NCBI GenBank assembly: GCA_003599255.1
Contig: QZJF01000017.1
Span: 179,278-240,707 of the forward strand
Direction of reading: 5' to 3'
Source: a candidate division WWE3 bacterium
GTDB taxonomy: Bacteria; Patescibacteriota; WWE3; UBA101185; UBA10185
DNA: 61,430 bases
The notes beneath the pieces are model-generated. The model was not told the origin of the DNA. It ran no database searches and worked only from the letters and a program-made list of their open reading frames with translations. This document shows positions 45,611 to 55,281 of this stretch, one piece after another; the stretch's first letter is position 1; every line of letters starts with the position of its first letter. Position numbers and translations under genes: made by a program.

Positions 45611-46624
45611 CTAGGCGATTCCACCAGGGCTATAAGGGTTTTGATTGTTAAAGGGTATTCCCGGGCTATTAGGCGAATTCTCCGTACTCGGAGCAGGTCC
45701 ATATGTAGTTTTTCCACCAGTCTCCTCAGGGTTTCCCTTAATTCGTTTTAAGTCAAAATATATCACGATTGAAAAGAGCATAAATATAAGTTGATATACA
45801 TACAAAAATACCGTCGCCAACCCTGAGTAAATTCCAATAACTAGAAAAGGCATTAAAGGAATCATCACCAGGAACGAAATTAAAACAAAACCCACCATTT
45901 TCAAATAAACACTAAGCGTGTAACCTTTAATAAGGTTCCAGCTCGTTTTGAGCGAGTCCAATGCACCTTTATTCTCATCAAACAGTATAAATGGGGCAAA
46001 GCTAAATCTTACTGCAAAGTATATCCCAGGTAGTATAAACAGAATGAAACCAATAGTAACTGTCACGAAATAGATAAAGAGCAAAATCAACATACTAAAA
46101 ATTTTGCCAAGGGATTTACCCAATAGGTCTTTAAAACTTGTTAGCTGATTTTTAAACACATTTAGAGGAGCTAACATGGATATGTTGTACTGAATCATAC
46201 CGGCGACTATGCCGAATACAAAGCCAAAAATTCCCATTAAGGCTAGTAGGCCGGGCGACATTGAAGCTTCTTCCGGTTCTTCCATATCAGTGATTGAAAG
46301 TGGGCGGCCCCTTTGTAAATATGAATCGTCCATTGTATCAAAATCAAAATCCGGATCCGACATTCTTTGAATTCTATCCATCTCTGCCTTTTGTTGTATT
46401 TGATATTGATCAGATATTGTTTGGAATCTATTTACTCTATCAATTGAGTTTTTCGCACTCATGAAAAAGAGTGGCACTGCGATTATTCCGATTAGTACGG
46501 AATACAAAATACTTGTGAATAATAATACTTTCACATAGTAACCAAGATTTTCGTTTTGCAGGGATAGCTCAAATGATTTCTTTAATGCTTCTCTAAATCC
46601 AATTAGTGGTTCTTTGTTCATCAA
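45611..46624 (-). CDS. Multi-pass membrane protein, unknown function
   Basis: 337 aa with about 6 hydrophobic helices and a Pro/Gly/Asn-rich C-terminal tail. Confidence 0.5.
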   Translation of the reverse strand: MMNKEPLIGFREALKKSFELSLQNENLGYYVKVLLFTSILYSVLIGIIAVPLFFMSAKNSIDRVNRFQTISDQYQIQQKAEMDRIQRMSDPDFDFDTMDDSYLQRGRPLSITDMEEPEEASMSPGLLALMGIFGFVFGIVAGMIQYNISMLAPLNVFKNQLTSFKDLLGKSLGKIFSMLILLFIYFVTVTIGFILFILPGIYFAVRFSFAPFILFDENKGALDSLKTSWNLIKGYTLSVYLKMVGFVLISFLVMIPLMPFLVIGIYSGLATVFLYVYQLIFMLFSIVIYFDLKRIKGNPEETGGKTTYGPAPSTENSPNSPGIPFNNQNPYSPGGIA

Positions 46625-46661
46625 AATTAAAAATTAAACTACATACATATGGTAGTCCTGT

Positions 46662-48053
46662 TTATAAAAACCTGTCAATGATAACGAATAAACTAAAACC
46701 ACCATAGAACAGGAATGCTAGCACCATAGTGATTATCCTGAATACACTTGGACGGACCTGTTTATCCAGAAGTGTGAGATTTGTCCATAATGTAAGACCT
46801 ACATGTATAAACATGGCAAATGCGTTTAACACCGCTGCAGTTGTAAGTAACTGAAGAGGTTCTGTTAGTCCCAGTAAGAAGATGAAAATCCCGGACAGAA
46901 TTTGCAGCCAAAGAACCGAATAATAAACAACCGGTATCTTCTGTTCACTCAGTTTTCCGTTTGATGCAAGTAACAGGTTCTCGGAGAGTATTCTGCTGGT
47001 TGCGTCAAAGACCGTGAGCTGTGTCCCAAAAAGAGTTAAGCCGGAGACGATAATAAAAAATGCGCCTGCTGCAGGAAAGAGCCTGAATCCTATTACCTTC
47101 CCTTCCGCAAGAACAAAATTCAAGCCTTCTGAAATCCCGGGAGTACCGTGTGTAGTGGAATAGGCGAGTAATGCCAAAAGGAGAATCGTAATAGTGCCCG
47201 TGAACCAGAATAGAATGAAATGTTCGATGTTTATGTTTTTCCACCAGATTTTGAATTTACTAAGGTTTTCTTCATTCGGTTCAAATTTAGAACCGGTCAG
47301 CGATATGTCCTCCCTTTTTCCAGTGAGTAAACTGGTTATACGTCCTGTGTATTTCCCCATACCATAACCTTTTTCTCTTATATAAATCGATTGAGCGAGA
47401 TTTAAATTTCCACCCGCACCCGCATACGCTAATGCGGCCAGAAACGAAGCGACAGGTATGCCCGCTGGAAGAAAGTTAAAGCCTTCACCAATACCTGCTG
47501 CTCCCTTTGCCAGCGCAGTCCAGTCGGCCTTATCAGCCAAAATTATTGCAAGCAGAAAAACAGATGGAACTCCGACAGAGATCAAAGTCTTTTGAAGTGT
47601 TTCCACTGTTTTATACAGTACCGGTCCCAAAGTCAGGATAATACCTATAAGTACAAGAAGGCCAATTGCTATATATTTTGTATCTGTAATACCAATTAAG
47701 GATCCCAGCAATTTAGCCGAAGACGCTATTATTCCAGGCCATATCCACGGTATAAAAGTAGAGATCAAAAACCAAACCGACAAAAGTCTGAACTTTCGGG
47801 CAAATCCGACAAATATGCTTTCTCCATGAACCAATGCGTACCTTTCTATTTCCATATTCATGAAAAACTGGAAGGTAATACCTAATACAGCACCCCAAAT
47901 GATGCCCAAGCCATAGTTTGCGGACAAATATGGCCACAAAATTAATTCTCCGCTTCCCAATCCCAATCCCAAAATAATAAAACTGGGTCCTATTAACTTT
48001 TTAATTGTAAGAGGATCAGGTAATACATTGAATTTAAGAGGATTAATTGCCAT
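46662..48053 (-). CDS. Nramp-family divalent metal transporter-like protein
   Basis: 463 aa with about 11 TM helices. The N-terminal GPSFIILGLGLGSGELILWPYL...YG resembles the Nramp GPGxLxxxxxxDxG region. Confidence 0.65.
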   Translation of the reverse strand: MAINPLKFNVLPDPLTIKKLIGPSFIILGLGLGSGELILWPYLSANYGLGIIWGAVLGITFQFFMNMEIERYALVHGESIFVGFARKFRLLSVWFLISTFIPWIWPGIIASSAKLLGSLIGITDTKYIAIGLLVLIGIILTLGPVLYKTVETLQKTLISVGVPSVFLLAIILADKADWTALAKGAAGIGEGFNFLPAGIPVASFLAALAYAGAGGNLNLAQSIYIREKGYGMGKYTGRITSLLTGKREDISLTGSKFEPNEENLSKFKIWWKNINIEHFILFWFTGTITILLLALLAYSTTHGTPGISEGLNFVLAEGKVIGFRLFPAAGAFFIIVSGLTLFGTQLTVFDATSRILSENLLLASNGKLSEQKIPVVYYSVLWLQILSGIFIFLLGLTEPLQLLTTAAVLNAFAMFIHVGLTLWTNLTLLDKQVRPSVFRIITMVLAFLFYGGFSLFVIIDRFL

Positions 48054-48137
48054 TTAATAAATAATATCATAAGAATAAAAGCAGGGCTTTGATCAATGTA
48101 CTTGGGGGTACACTAAACAAAGCCCATTTTAACTAAC

Positions 48138-48365
48138 TTATAACATCCAGCGTTGCGGGTTATCTTTTTCCCAACGCTTAAAATAACCGAGTAAATGGAG
48201 GTCAATTACTTTACCCACTCCTTCATTATCGGTCACAAATGTAACACTTGCTCCTTGTCGTGCGACACTTCCAAAAGGAAGTAGTGTCGTAATAATTTCC
48301 CCAATATTGTGTTCTCCTGCCGGGGAAAGTTCTATGTGGACCTGTACAGCTGAACTTGATGTCAC
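48138..48365 (-). CDS. Small hypothetical protein
   Basis: 75 aa, starting 23 nt downstream of the stop of the methyltransferase gene on the same strand. No family recognised. Confidence 0.35.
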   Translation of the reverse strand: MTSSSAVQVHIELSPAGEHNIGEIITTLLPFGSVARQGASVTFVTDNEGVGKVIDLHLLGYFKRWEKDNPQRWML

Positions 48366-48388
48366 ACTAGTTTTGCCTCCTTATCTGT

Positions 48389-49027
48389 TTACTCTCGGGT
48401 GAATTGCATGATAAACAATGGTCTTTCCTGCGTCAACCCGATCTTTTTCCCCCAGGTGGATTCCAGCTTTCTCAGATATGCCGGTTCCGTGGGATTCAGC
48501 GACATAAGCGTTAGGCCCGACCCTCTATATGCCGGTATCGTTTCGTTGCGTAGATAGGATATATTAATTTCCGGTAAATCCAATCTTTTGGATTCAGACG
48601 GTTCGAGATTTGGAGAATATCCAAGCACTGTTTCGAGAGTCCCCCCTTTTTTAAGAATCGCTGCAACATCGGAAAGTGCTAGTTTATCGGGTTTTACAAG
48701 TTTCTGAAGCAAAGTTCCCCAAGGGAGAATTATATACACTTTATCGGCTTTTCCTCGTAATTCCGGAGGTAATTGCTCAACCGAACTCACCACAAATAAG
48801 ACATTGATTAATTTTTTTCTTACGGCCTTTTTTGAATAGATTTGGAGCTGCTTTTCGCTTGGGTCAATTCCGATAAAAAAAATCTCATGCTTTTTAAGCG
48901 CGTTCTTGTATACAAATCTTCCGTCTCCCGTGCCTAGATCTATCACAACTGTGGGAAAATTTTCAATAATTTTATTTAATTCCGGTTCATTAATTTCTAC
49001 AGTTTTGTTCCCTTTTACTATACGCAT
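48389..49027 (-). CDS. 16S rRNA (adenine1408-N1)-methyltransferase family (NpmA/KamB-like)
   Basis: IVKGNKTVEI...ELNKII...VIDLGTGDGRFVYKNA...FFIGIDP...ILPWGTLL...STWGKK is co-linear with my recollection of NpmA (ILKGTKTVDL...IDLGTGDGRNIYKLA...FYIGIDP...LFPWGTLL...SLWAKR). Similar length. Confidence 0.55.
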   Translation of the reverse strand: MRIVKGNKTVEINEPELNKIIENFPTVVIDLGTGDGRFVYKNALKKHEIFFIGIDPSEKQLQIYSKKAVRKKLINVLFVVSSVEQLPPELRGKADKVYIILPWGTLLQKLVKPDKLALSDVAAILKKGGTLETVLGYSPNLEPSESKRLDLPEINISYLRNETIPAYRGSGLTLMSLNPTEPAYLRKLESTWGKKIGLTQERPLFIMQFTRE

Positions 49028-49049
49028 GCTCCAATGATAAAATAACCGC

Positions 49050-49880
49050 GTGATTAAGGCAAAAAATCATTTCGGTAATATTCTTCCGGTTTGGCAGCCT
49101 ATTGGATATTCAACATATCAGATTACCAATGCGATAAGTAAATTATTCGGGGTGAAGGCCACACACACCGGTGTCTTGGACCCCTTGGCAGAGGGTGTCA
49201 TTATAGTGTTGTTGGGGCCGGAAAGACTTAACAAATCCTTATTCTCGGATTTGAAAAAGGGATATGAATTCGACATTGTATTTGGAATTTCCACCGATTC
49301 TTATGATGGGATGGGACTTGTTTCAGAGTTTTCTGATAATCCGGATTTACGTGAAGATCTGCTAAAAGAAATCGTTGAAACCTTTCCAAGGTATTATACT
49401 CAACGTGTCCCGTTATATTCCGCTAGGAAAGTGAATTCAAAGAAATTGTTTTTGTACCCAAAAGAAAATTTAGAAATACCTGAATTGCCCGAGAAATCCG
49501 GAGAAATTTATAAACTCGAATATAAGGGTTCAGACTATCCTGAGTTATACGCTCTGATTGAAGAAACAATATCCAAGATTAACTTAGTTAAGAAAGGGGA
49601 ATACAGACAGAAGACAATCATTTCAAAATGGCAAGAGTTCAAATCAAGTCATCAAAACGAACCATTACAAAGAGCAAAATTTTATGCAGAGATTTCCCGC
49701 GGGTTATATGTAAGATCGCTCTCACAGGATATAGCAAAAAAAGCAGGGACAATCGGATTTGTTTCCAGGCTTGTTCGGACTAGAAACGGTGACTATACAA
49801 AAGAAAAGGCTCTACACTTGGAAGATATCTTCGGTAAAGAATTCAGCCACGAAGTATTATGGTCAAAATTTTCAATGTGA
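49050..49880 (+). CDS. truB: tRNA pseudouridine(55) synthase TruB
   Basis: The HTGVLDPLAEGVIIVLLG catalytic Asp motif, a YSA(R)K motif, 276 aa. GTG start. Confidence 0.8.
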   Translation: MIKAKNHFGNILPVWQPIGYSTYQITNAISKLFGVKATHTGVLDPLAEGVIIVLLGPERLNKSLFSDLKKGYEFDIVFGISTDSYDGMGLVSEFSDNPDLREDLLKEIVETFPRYYTQRVPLYSARKVNSKKLFLYPKENLEIPELPEKSGEIYKLEYKGSDYPELYALIEETISKINLVKKGEYRQKTIISKWQEFKSSHQNEPLQRAKFYAEISRGLYVRSLSQDIAKKAGTIGFVSRLVRTRNGDYTKEKALHLEDIFGKEFSHEVLWSKFSM

Positions 49881-49895
49881 TACACTAGTTAGGTT

Positions 49896-50258
49896 ATGAG
49901 TATAGATACTATAAATAAAAGATTAAAAATATTATCCGATCTTCAGGAAGAAATGAACAAAGCACGTAATGTTTTTGACGATACTCTGGAAAACGACCCC
50001 GCTTACCAGGAATTTCAAGAAGAGATAAAAAAGGTTAAGGAGGAAAGCAGCGTTAAAAAGGACAAGATATTAACATCTCCTACGGTGAGGGATTTGCAAG
50101 AACAGATGAAAAAAATCCGTGAGGACATAAAAGAGAACAAGGAAATTTTGGCACAGGAACTTGCCGATTACTATAAAGAGAGCGGTTCATTGCAAATCAC
50201 GGACGAAGAAGGAAATACTAAGCGCATTATCTTTTCGGTAAAATTGGTCAACAGCTAG
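49896..50258 (+). CDS. Hypothetical coiled-coil protein
   Basis: 120 aa, highly charged and helical. Confidence 0.4.
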   Translation: MSIDTINKRLKILSDLQEEMNKARNVFDDTLENDPAYQEFQEEIKKVKEESSVKKDKILTSPTVRDLQEQMKKIREDIKENKEILAQELADYYKESGSLQITDEEGNTKRIIFSVKLVNS

Positions 50259-50387
50259 AAAAGCTTGATATTTAGTTATTATTCTGGCACAATACGCCTG
50301 TTATGAGTATAAGAAAAAAGAAGAAAGACGCACAAAAGAATAAAATGAAACGAAAAATAAAGAAAAAGTTTAAGAGAATCAGTTAAT

Positions 50388-51110
50388 TTACTTTTTGCCC
50401 GTATCCCCACCAAATCTTCTGTCTCTACTCATAAAATCCCAAACAGCTTCTTTTAGTTTTTCCGGTCCGAAATCGGGGAAATATGTCTTTGGAAAATAGA
50501 ACTCAGAATAAGCTGATTGCCAGGACATAAAACCGCTTAGTCTCTGTTCCCCGCTGGTTCTAATGATGAGATCGGGAGCAGGAACACCTCTGGTATCGAG
50601 ATTCTTCTCAATATTTTCCTCAGTAAACTCGATTCCTTGAGAGGCCATTTTGTTGATTGTTCGTAAGAGTTCATCGTGTCCCCCGTAATCCATGCCCAGA
50701 CAGACTGTAAAGCCGGTATCAAAATCCTTGGTCTCTTCTTCCATTTCAACCAGTGTTTTAACCACATCTGCCGGTAAACGGTCTCTTCTTCCCAAATGAA
50801 GGAATCTCACCTTTTCCTTAATAAATTTTTGTTTGTAATTTTTTGTGAAATTTCTGGCCAGTTCGAAAAGATATTCATTTTCCTCTTTCGATCTTTTCCA
50901 ATTTTCGGTAGAAAAAGCCCAAGAGGAAAAGTATTGTATTCCCATTTCTCTTGCAGCGTTCAAAAGGAGCTCAAAATTTTCGGCTCCCTTGCGATGCCCT
51001 TCAAGAGTCGGAAGTCCTTTTTCCTTGGCCCAGCGCCTGTTTCCGTCAGGTATTATCGCCACATGAGCAACCATATTGGCCTTTTCTTTATGTTCATCAG
51101 TCATAGACAC
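50388..51110 (-). CDS. uppS: Isoprenyl transferase (undecaprenyl-diphosphate synthase family)
   Basis: HVAIIPDGNRRWA, FSSWAFSTENWKR, and a RTSGEQRLSGF motif. Confidence 0.9.
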   Translation of the reverse strand: MSMTDEHKEKANMVAHVAIIPDGNRRWAKEKGLPTLEGHRKGAENFELLLNAAREMGIQYFSSWAFSTENWKRSKEENEYLFELARNFTKNYKQKFIKEKVRFLHLGRRDRLPADVVKTLVEMEEETKDFDTGFTVCLGMDYGGHDELLRTINKMASQGIEFTEENIEKNLDTRGVPAPDLIIRTSGEQRLSGFMSWQSAYSEFYFPKTYFPDFGPEKLKEAVWDFMSRDRRFGGDTGKK

Positions 51111-51229
51111 CCACAGATTATAGCAGATTTAATATAGATAATTGTACAACAGCACAGGCTCTACATAAATACCGGAATTGATGTTTAAATGTTGCGTATT
51201 ACTTATTTATCAGATAAATTAAAGCGGAA

Positions 51230-52306
51230 ATGGATGGCAAATTAGGCAAAGATAAACTAAAAGACTATATCGATCGGGCCGGTAAAATCATGCTCCCTAT
51301 CCTGGATGAAGAAATAGCGAAAGCGGAGGAGTTTGGAGAAGTTCAAGTACATATGGTCGAGTCTTATAAGAAAATGATCGCGGCTGGAAAAGGTATACGG
51401 GGATTCTTAACCGAACTCACATATAAAGCTTGTGGGGGGGAGGAAACCGATAAAATTCTTTGGGCAAGCACATATATAGAATTCTTTCATTCTGCCATTC
51501 TTATCCAGGACGATTTTATGGATAGAGACGATTTCAGAAGAGGGCTTCCTTCTGCTCATAAGGAATTTGAAAATATCGGAAAGGAATTAGGTATCAGGAT
51601 TCCGGCACAGCACTTTGGAAATTCACTCTCGGAGTGTTTGTTTGACTTCGGAGCGTATCTTTCTTGGAGAGTGCTTATAACTTCGGGTTTTAACCAAGAT
51701 CTTATCTTAAAGGTGGGTGAATTATATAGCCATCATATTATGAGGCTTGCTCTTGGGCAGAGTCTTGATATGTCCATTTCCGGTGTCCGGGAAGTCAGTT
51801 CTGAGGACATATTAAAAGTATTATGGAATAAATCCGGCGAGTATACCGCATATTTACCCATGATGTCCGGTGCTGTACTTGCCGGCCAGAATGATCCAAA
51901 GGTATTGGAATCAATAGAGAATTATGCGAAATGTTTCGGGTGGGCCTTTCAAATTCAGGACGATTTATTGGGAGCCTTTGGGAATCAGGAGGAGTTGGGA
52001 AAACCTATTGGATCTGACTTTTCTGAAGGGAAAAATACCCTTTTGGTACTTCATCTGAGAAAAACAGGTTCGAAGGAGCAGCTAAAGTTTTATGAAAGTT
52101 TATTAAATCGAAGCGATATTTCGAAAGACGAGGAAGCAAAGATGAAGCAAATTCTGATTGATACAGGTGCCCGAGAGTCTGTAACAGGACAAGGTTGGCA
52201 TTATGTTGAAGAAGGTAGAAAGTATGTTAAAGAAATTACGAAAAACAAAGAACTCCAGGATATTCTGGAGTCTTTGCTGAATTTCGTAATGGAACGCACC
52301 AGATAA
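51230..52306 (+). CDS. trans-Polyprenyl diphosphate synthase (GGPP/FPP synthase family)
   Basis: First Asp-rich motif [15 protein letters not shown] and second Asp-rich motif FQIQDDLLG. Confidence 0.85.
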   Translation: MDGKLGKDKLKDYIDRAGKIMLPILDEEIAKAEEFGEVQVHMVESYKKMIAAGKGIRGFLTELTYKACGGEETDKILWASTYIEFFHSAILIQDDFMDRDDFRRGLPSAHKEFENIGKELGIRIPAQHFGNSLSECLFDFGAYLSWRVLITSGFNQDLILKVGELYSHHIMRLALGQSLDMSISGVREVSSEDILKVLWNKSGEYTAYLPMMSGAVLAGQNDPKVLESIENYAKCFGWAFQIQDDLLGAFGNQEELGKPIGSDFSEGKNTLLVLHLRKTGSKEQLKFYESLLNRSDISKDEEAKMKQILIDTGARESVTGQGWHYVEEGRKYVKEITKNKELQDILESLLNFVMERTR

Positions 52307-52312
52307 AGTGTC

Positions 52313-52708
52313 TTACTGGGCTACCTCATCAAGAGGACGTACATCGTAAGCGCCTTCTACATCTGTTGATTCGATTTCGTCTATTTCTTCAAGAAGCTCG
52401 TCTGTGACCGTTTCCGGGTCCTTGTTCTCATCATTCATCATAGAATCTTCCTCTTTCACTGAATCATTTCTCATTGTGGGATCATCCAAGTATTTCACGT
52501 TATTTTCGTTGGTAGTTTTATCAAGAGGTTCATTGAAAATGAACTTTTTTGTGAGACCAAGATAAGTTAATAAGACGCCAAAAGCGAAGAACAAGGCCAT
52601 CGCCAGTAAAGCTATAGCCCAGTACAGATTGGATTTGTCAGCAGGTGTCTTTGGCATCTGCATATTTATACCATTCTGTTTTTCCTGAGGTTGAGTTTCT
52701 TCGTTCAT
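52313..52708 (-). CDS. Hypothetical single-pass membrane protein with acidic tail
   Basis: 131 aa, one TM helix (LYWAIALLAMALFFAFGVLLTYL). Confidence 0.45.
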   Translation of the reverse strand: MNEETQPQEKQNGINMQMPKTPADKSNLYWAIALLAMALFFAFGVLLTYLGLTKKFIFNEPLDKTTNENNVKYLDDPTMRNDSVKEEDSMMNDENKDPETVTDELLEEIDEIESTDVEGAYDVRPLDEVAQ

Positions 52709-52737
52709 TTTAGTTAATTCCCCAAATAATTACTGGA

Positions 52738-53457
52738 TCAAAGTCCGTTAGTGTTTGAAGAGGGCTTTAGCATTCTGGAGTCCTCTTTTGAAACTTCCCG
52801 GATTTGATCTCTAAGTGCTACGATGTCCTGCTTGACAGTGTTTACATAGTAATTTTTGACGTCAAGGGCTGACTGTCTCACTAAAGAGAGCGCGTTGCGG
52901 GATTCCTGCATTGCTGTGAGAAAGTCTCCGTTTGAGTCCCCGCACTCGAAATTAGTTGTTTCCTCAAGTTGTACTACGAATTCTTCAAATCTCTGAGTTA
53001 AAACGGCAATTTTATCTTCCAGAACTAGTAGGTCTTCCTGAAGTTTGGTTACATCATAACCCTGCTCTTCTAATCTGGTGATTAAGTTAGCTAATTTTTC
53101 TTTGAGCGCAGTATATCTTGCAAGGTGATTTTCCTGGGCCGCTCTGTATTGATCGATCCTAGCATCCATCTGTCCTTCCACGATATCGCATCTTTCCGCT
53201 CTGGTTTCCTGCAACTGTGTCTTGACCTCCTCACGCTCCTGTTTTATCTCCTTTTGTCTGGTTTTATATTCCTCTAAAAAGGTCTGCTTGTAGCGACGAA
53301 GACATTCTTTATATTCCGCAATGCTTTCAGAATTCTTTTCTCTTGGGGGAACACAACCGCTGTCTTCCACGCTTTGAGCGTATACGTTATGTGTGGCAAA
53401 GGCTGAAATTAATAAAACAAACGATGCAACTATAAGGGTTAGATTTTTCTTAATCAT
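52738..53457 (-). CDS. Hypothetical secreted coiled-coil protein
   Basis: 239 aa with a signal-peptide-like N-terminus (LTLIVASFVLLISAFATHNVYA) and heptad-rich charged sequence. Confidence 0.45.
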   Translation of the reverse strand: MIKKNLTLIVASFVLLISAFATHNVYAQSVEDSGCVPPREKNSESIAEYKECLRRYKQTFLEEYKTRQKEIKQEREEVKTQLQETRAERCDIVEGQMDARIDQYRAAQENHLARYTALKEKLANLITRLEEQGYDVTKLQEDLLVLEDKIAVLTQRFEEFVVQLEETTNFECGDSNGDFLTAMQESRNALSLVRQSALDVKNYYVNTVKQDIVALRDQIREVSKEDSRMLKPSSNTNGL

Positions 53458-53521
53458 ATAGGTATATTATAGATGCAAATTTTTTGTATATGCAAATTTT
53501 CTGTATACTTTCGATAGAAAT

Positions 53522-54355
53522 ATGTTTATATCTATAGACCTTGGCGGTACCAATACCAGAATTGCCTCCTCAGATAATTGCACTGACATCGCGAAGATTG
53601 AAGTATTTAAAAGCATACATAATGTACCTGAACAGAGGGAAAAAATAGTTAAGACTACAGAAGCTTTATTGCAAGGAGAAGTTCTGGAAGGGCTTTGTAT
53701 AGGTATTCCCGGAATGATCAACAGAAGCTCAAAAACTATTGTCAAAGCCTCAAATTACCCTGAGCTAAACAACGTATCAGTATATGACTTGATTGGTATT
53801 CAAGTAGGAGAGAATTTTTTTCTGGAGAACGATGCCGCGTTAGGTGGTTTAGGTGAAACTCTTCGAGGGGCGGGTCGGGGAAATCAGGCGGTAGCCTACA
53901 TAACCTTGGGTACCGGAGTGGGTGGTTCTCTGATCGAAAATGGGAAAATCAGTGATGCCAGGAGTTTATCCGAACCGGGGCATATGATCATTAATTTTGA
54001 TGCCGAGGTTAAAGATACCCTATCTTATAAAGGAAGTCTTGAAGCATACGTATCCGGTAAGAGTTTTATGTCGCAATACAATATTAAGCCGGAAGATTGT
54101 GACGACTTGGAGATTTGGGAAAAATATTCCGGGCACCTTGTGTTCGGGGTACTTAATGTTATTGCAATGTGGGGGCCGGACAAAATAGTTATAGGTGGTG
54201 GGTTGTCAAATAAGTTCAATTACTTCATTTCAGGTCTCCAGGATAAATTAAAAAAATATGGTTCATTTGAGTTTCCGGAAATAGTAAAATCTGAACTGGG
54301 AGATTCATCGGGTATAGTTGGCGGCTTCGAATTTCTTGCCCAACATTTAGTTTAA
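53522..54355 (+). CDS. ROK-family sugar kinase (glucokinase-like)
   Basis: ISIDLGGTNTRIA ATP-binding start, NDAALGGLGE, GTGVGGS. Confidence 0.75.
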   Translation: MFISIDLGGTNTRIASSDNCTDIAKIEVFKSIHNVPEQREKIVKTTEALLQGEVLEGLCIGIPGMINRSSKTIVKASNYPELNNVSVYDLIGIQVGENFFLENDAALGGLGETLRGAGRGNQAVAYITLGTGVGGSLIENGKISDARSLSEPGHMIINFDAEVKDTLSYKGSLEAYVSGKSFMSQYNIKPEDCDDLEIWEKYSGHLVFGVLNVIAMWGPDKIVIGGGLSNKFNYFISGLQDKLKKYGSFEFPEIVKSELGDSSGIVGGFEFLAQHLV

Positions 54356-54360
54356 AATAT

Positions 54361-55278
54361 ATGATCGAAGTTAATAACATAAGCAAATTTTTTGGTGACG
54401 TTACTGCAGTTGAAGATCTTTCTTTTAAGATCGATAAGGGTGAGATAGTTGGTATGCTCGGTCCTAATGGGGCGGGAAAAACAACAACAATGAGAGTATT
54501 AACCGGCTATTTGCAGCCTGACAAAGGAGATGTAATAGTCAATGGAATTTCGATAAAAAAGAATCCAATAGAGGCTTTGAAACTAATTGGGTATCTGCCG
54601 GAAAATAACCCTTTGTACAAAGACATGCTTGTTTCGGAATTTCTTGTATTTTCCGCGGAGTTAAAAGGTTTAGCAGGGGACAATTTAATAAAAGCGCTCG
54701 ATTATGTTTCAGAGGCGACCAAAATAAAAAACGTCTTTTACAGACCGATTAAGGAACTTTCCAAAGGGTATAAGCAGAGAGTAGGAATTGCTGCAGCCTT
54801 AATACACAAACCGGAAATTCTTATTCTGGACGAACCAACTGAGGGGTTGGATCCCACACAAAGAATTGAGATAAGAGATCTGATAAAAGATTTATCCGGC
54901 AATCATACAGTTTTAATAAGCACTCATGTGTTGCAAGAGGCGGAGTCAATGTGTACGAGGATTATAGTTATAAGTAATGGTCATAAAGTAGCCGACGATG
55001 CGATTAGTAATTTAAAAAAGGAAAACAAGGGAAAAAGAATCATTTGGTTTGAGACCGAAGGTTCTAAAGTAAAAGAAACTCTAAAAGATCTAAAAGGTGT
55101 CGAAGAAGTAGTTTTTGAGGAAATTGGTAACAGAATACGCGCAAAATTATTGATAGCTAATGACACAGACATTCAGCCCGTACTATTTGATCTTGCAAAG
55201 AAAAATGATTGGAAAGTATGGGAGCTTGCCGAAAAAGGGCACAGTCTTGAAGAAATATTTGAACAGTTAACAAAATAA
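54361..55278 (+). CDS. ABC transporter ATP-binding protein (ABC-2 / GldA-like)
   Basis: Walker A GPNGAGKTT, signature LSKGYKQR, Walker B ILILDEP. Confidence 0.9.
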   Translation: MIEVNNISKFFGDVTAVEDLSFKIDKGEIVGMLGPNGAGKTTTMRVLTGYLQPDKGDVIVNGISIKKNPIEALKLIGYLPENNPLYKDMLVSEFLVFSAELKGLAGDNLIKALDYVSEATKIKNVFYRPIKELSKGYKQRVGIAAALIHKPEILILDEPTEGLDPTQRIEIRDLIKDLSGNHTVLISTHVLQEAESMCTRIIVISNGHKVADDAISNLKKENKGKRIIWFETEGSKVKETLKDLKGVEEVVFEEIGNRIRAKLLIANDTDIQPVLFDLAKKNDWKVWELAEKGHSLEEIFEQLTK

Positions 55279-55281
55279 ATT

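Noticed and set aside
50303-50386. 27-codon extremely Lys-rich mini-ORF (MSIRKKKKDAQKNKMKRKIKKKFKRIS) in the gap before uppS
   Set aside because: I see no RBS. The composition simply reflects an A-rich intergenic stretch. It cannot be told apart from chance without conservation or expression data.
53467-53745. 92-aa minus-strand ORF overlapping the 5' end of the ROK kinase gene
   Set aside because: The ROK frame has the DLGGTN ATP-binding motif at its N-terminus. The antisense ORF has no support.
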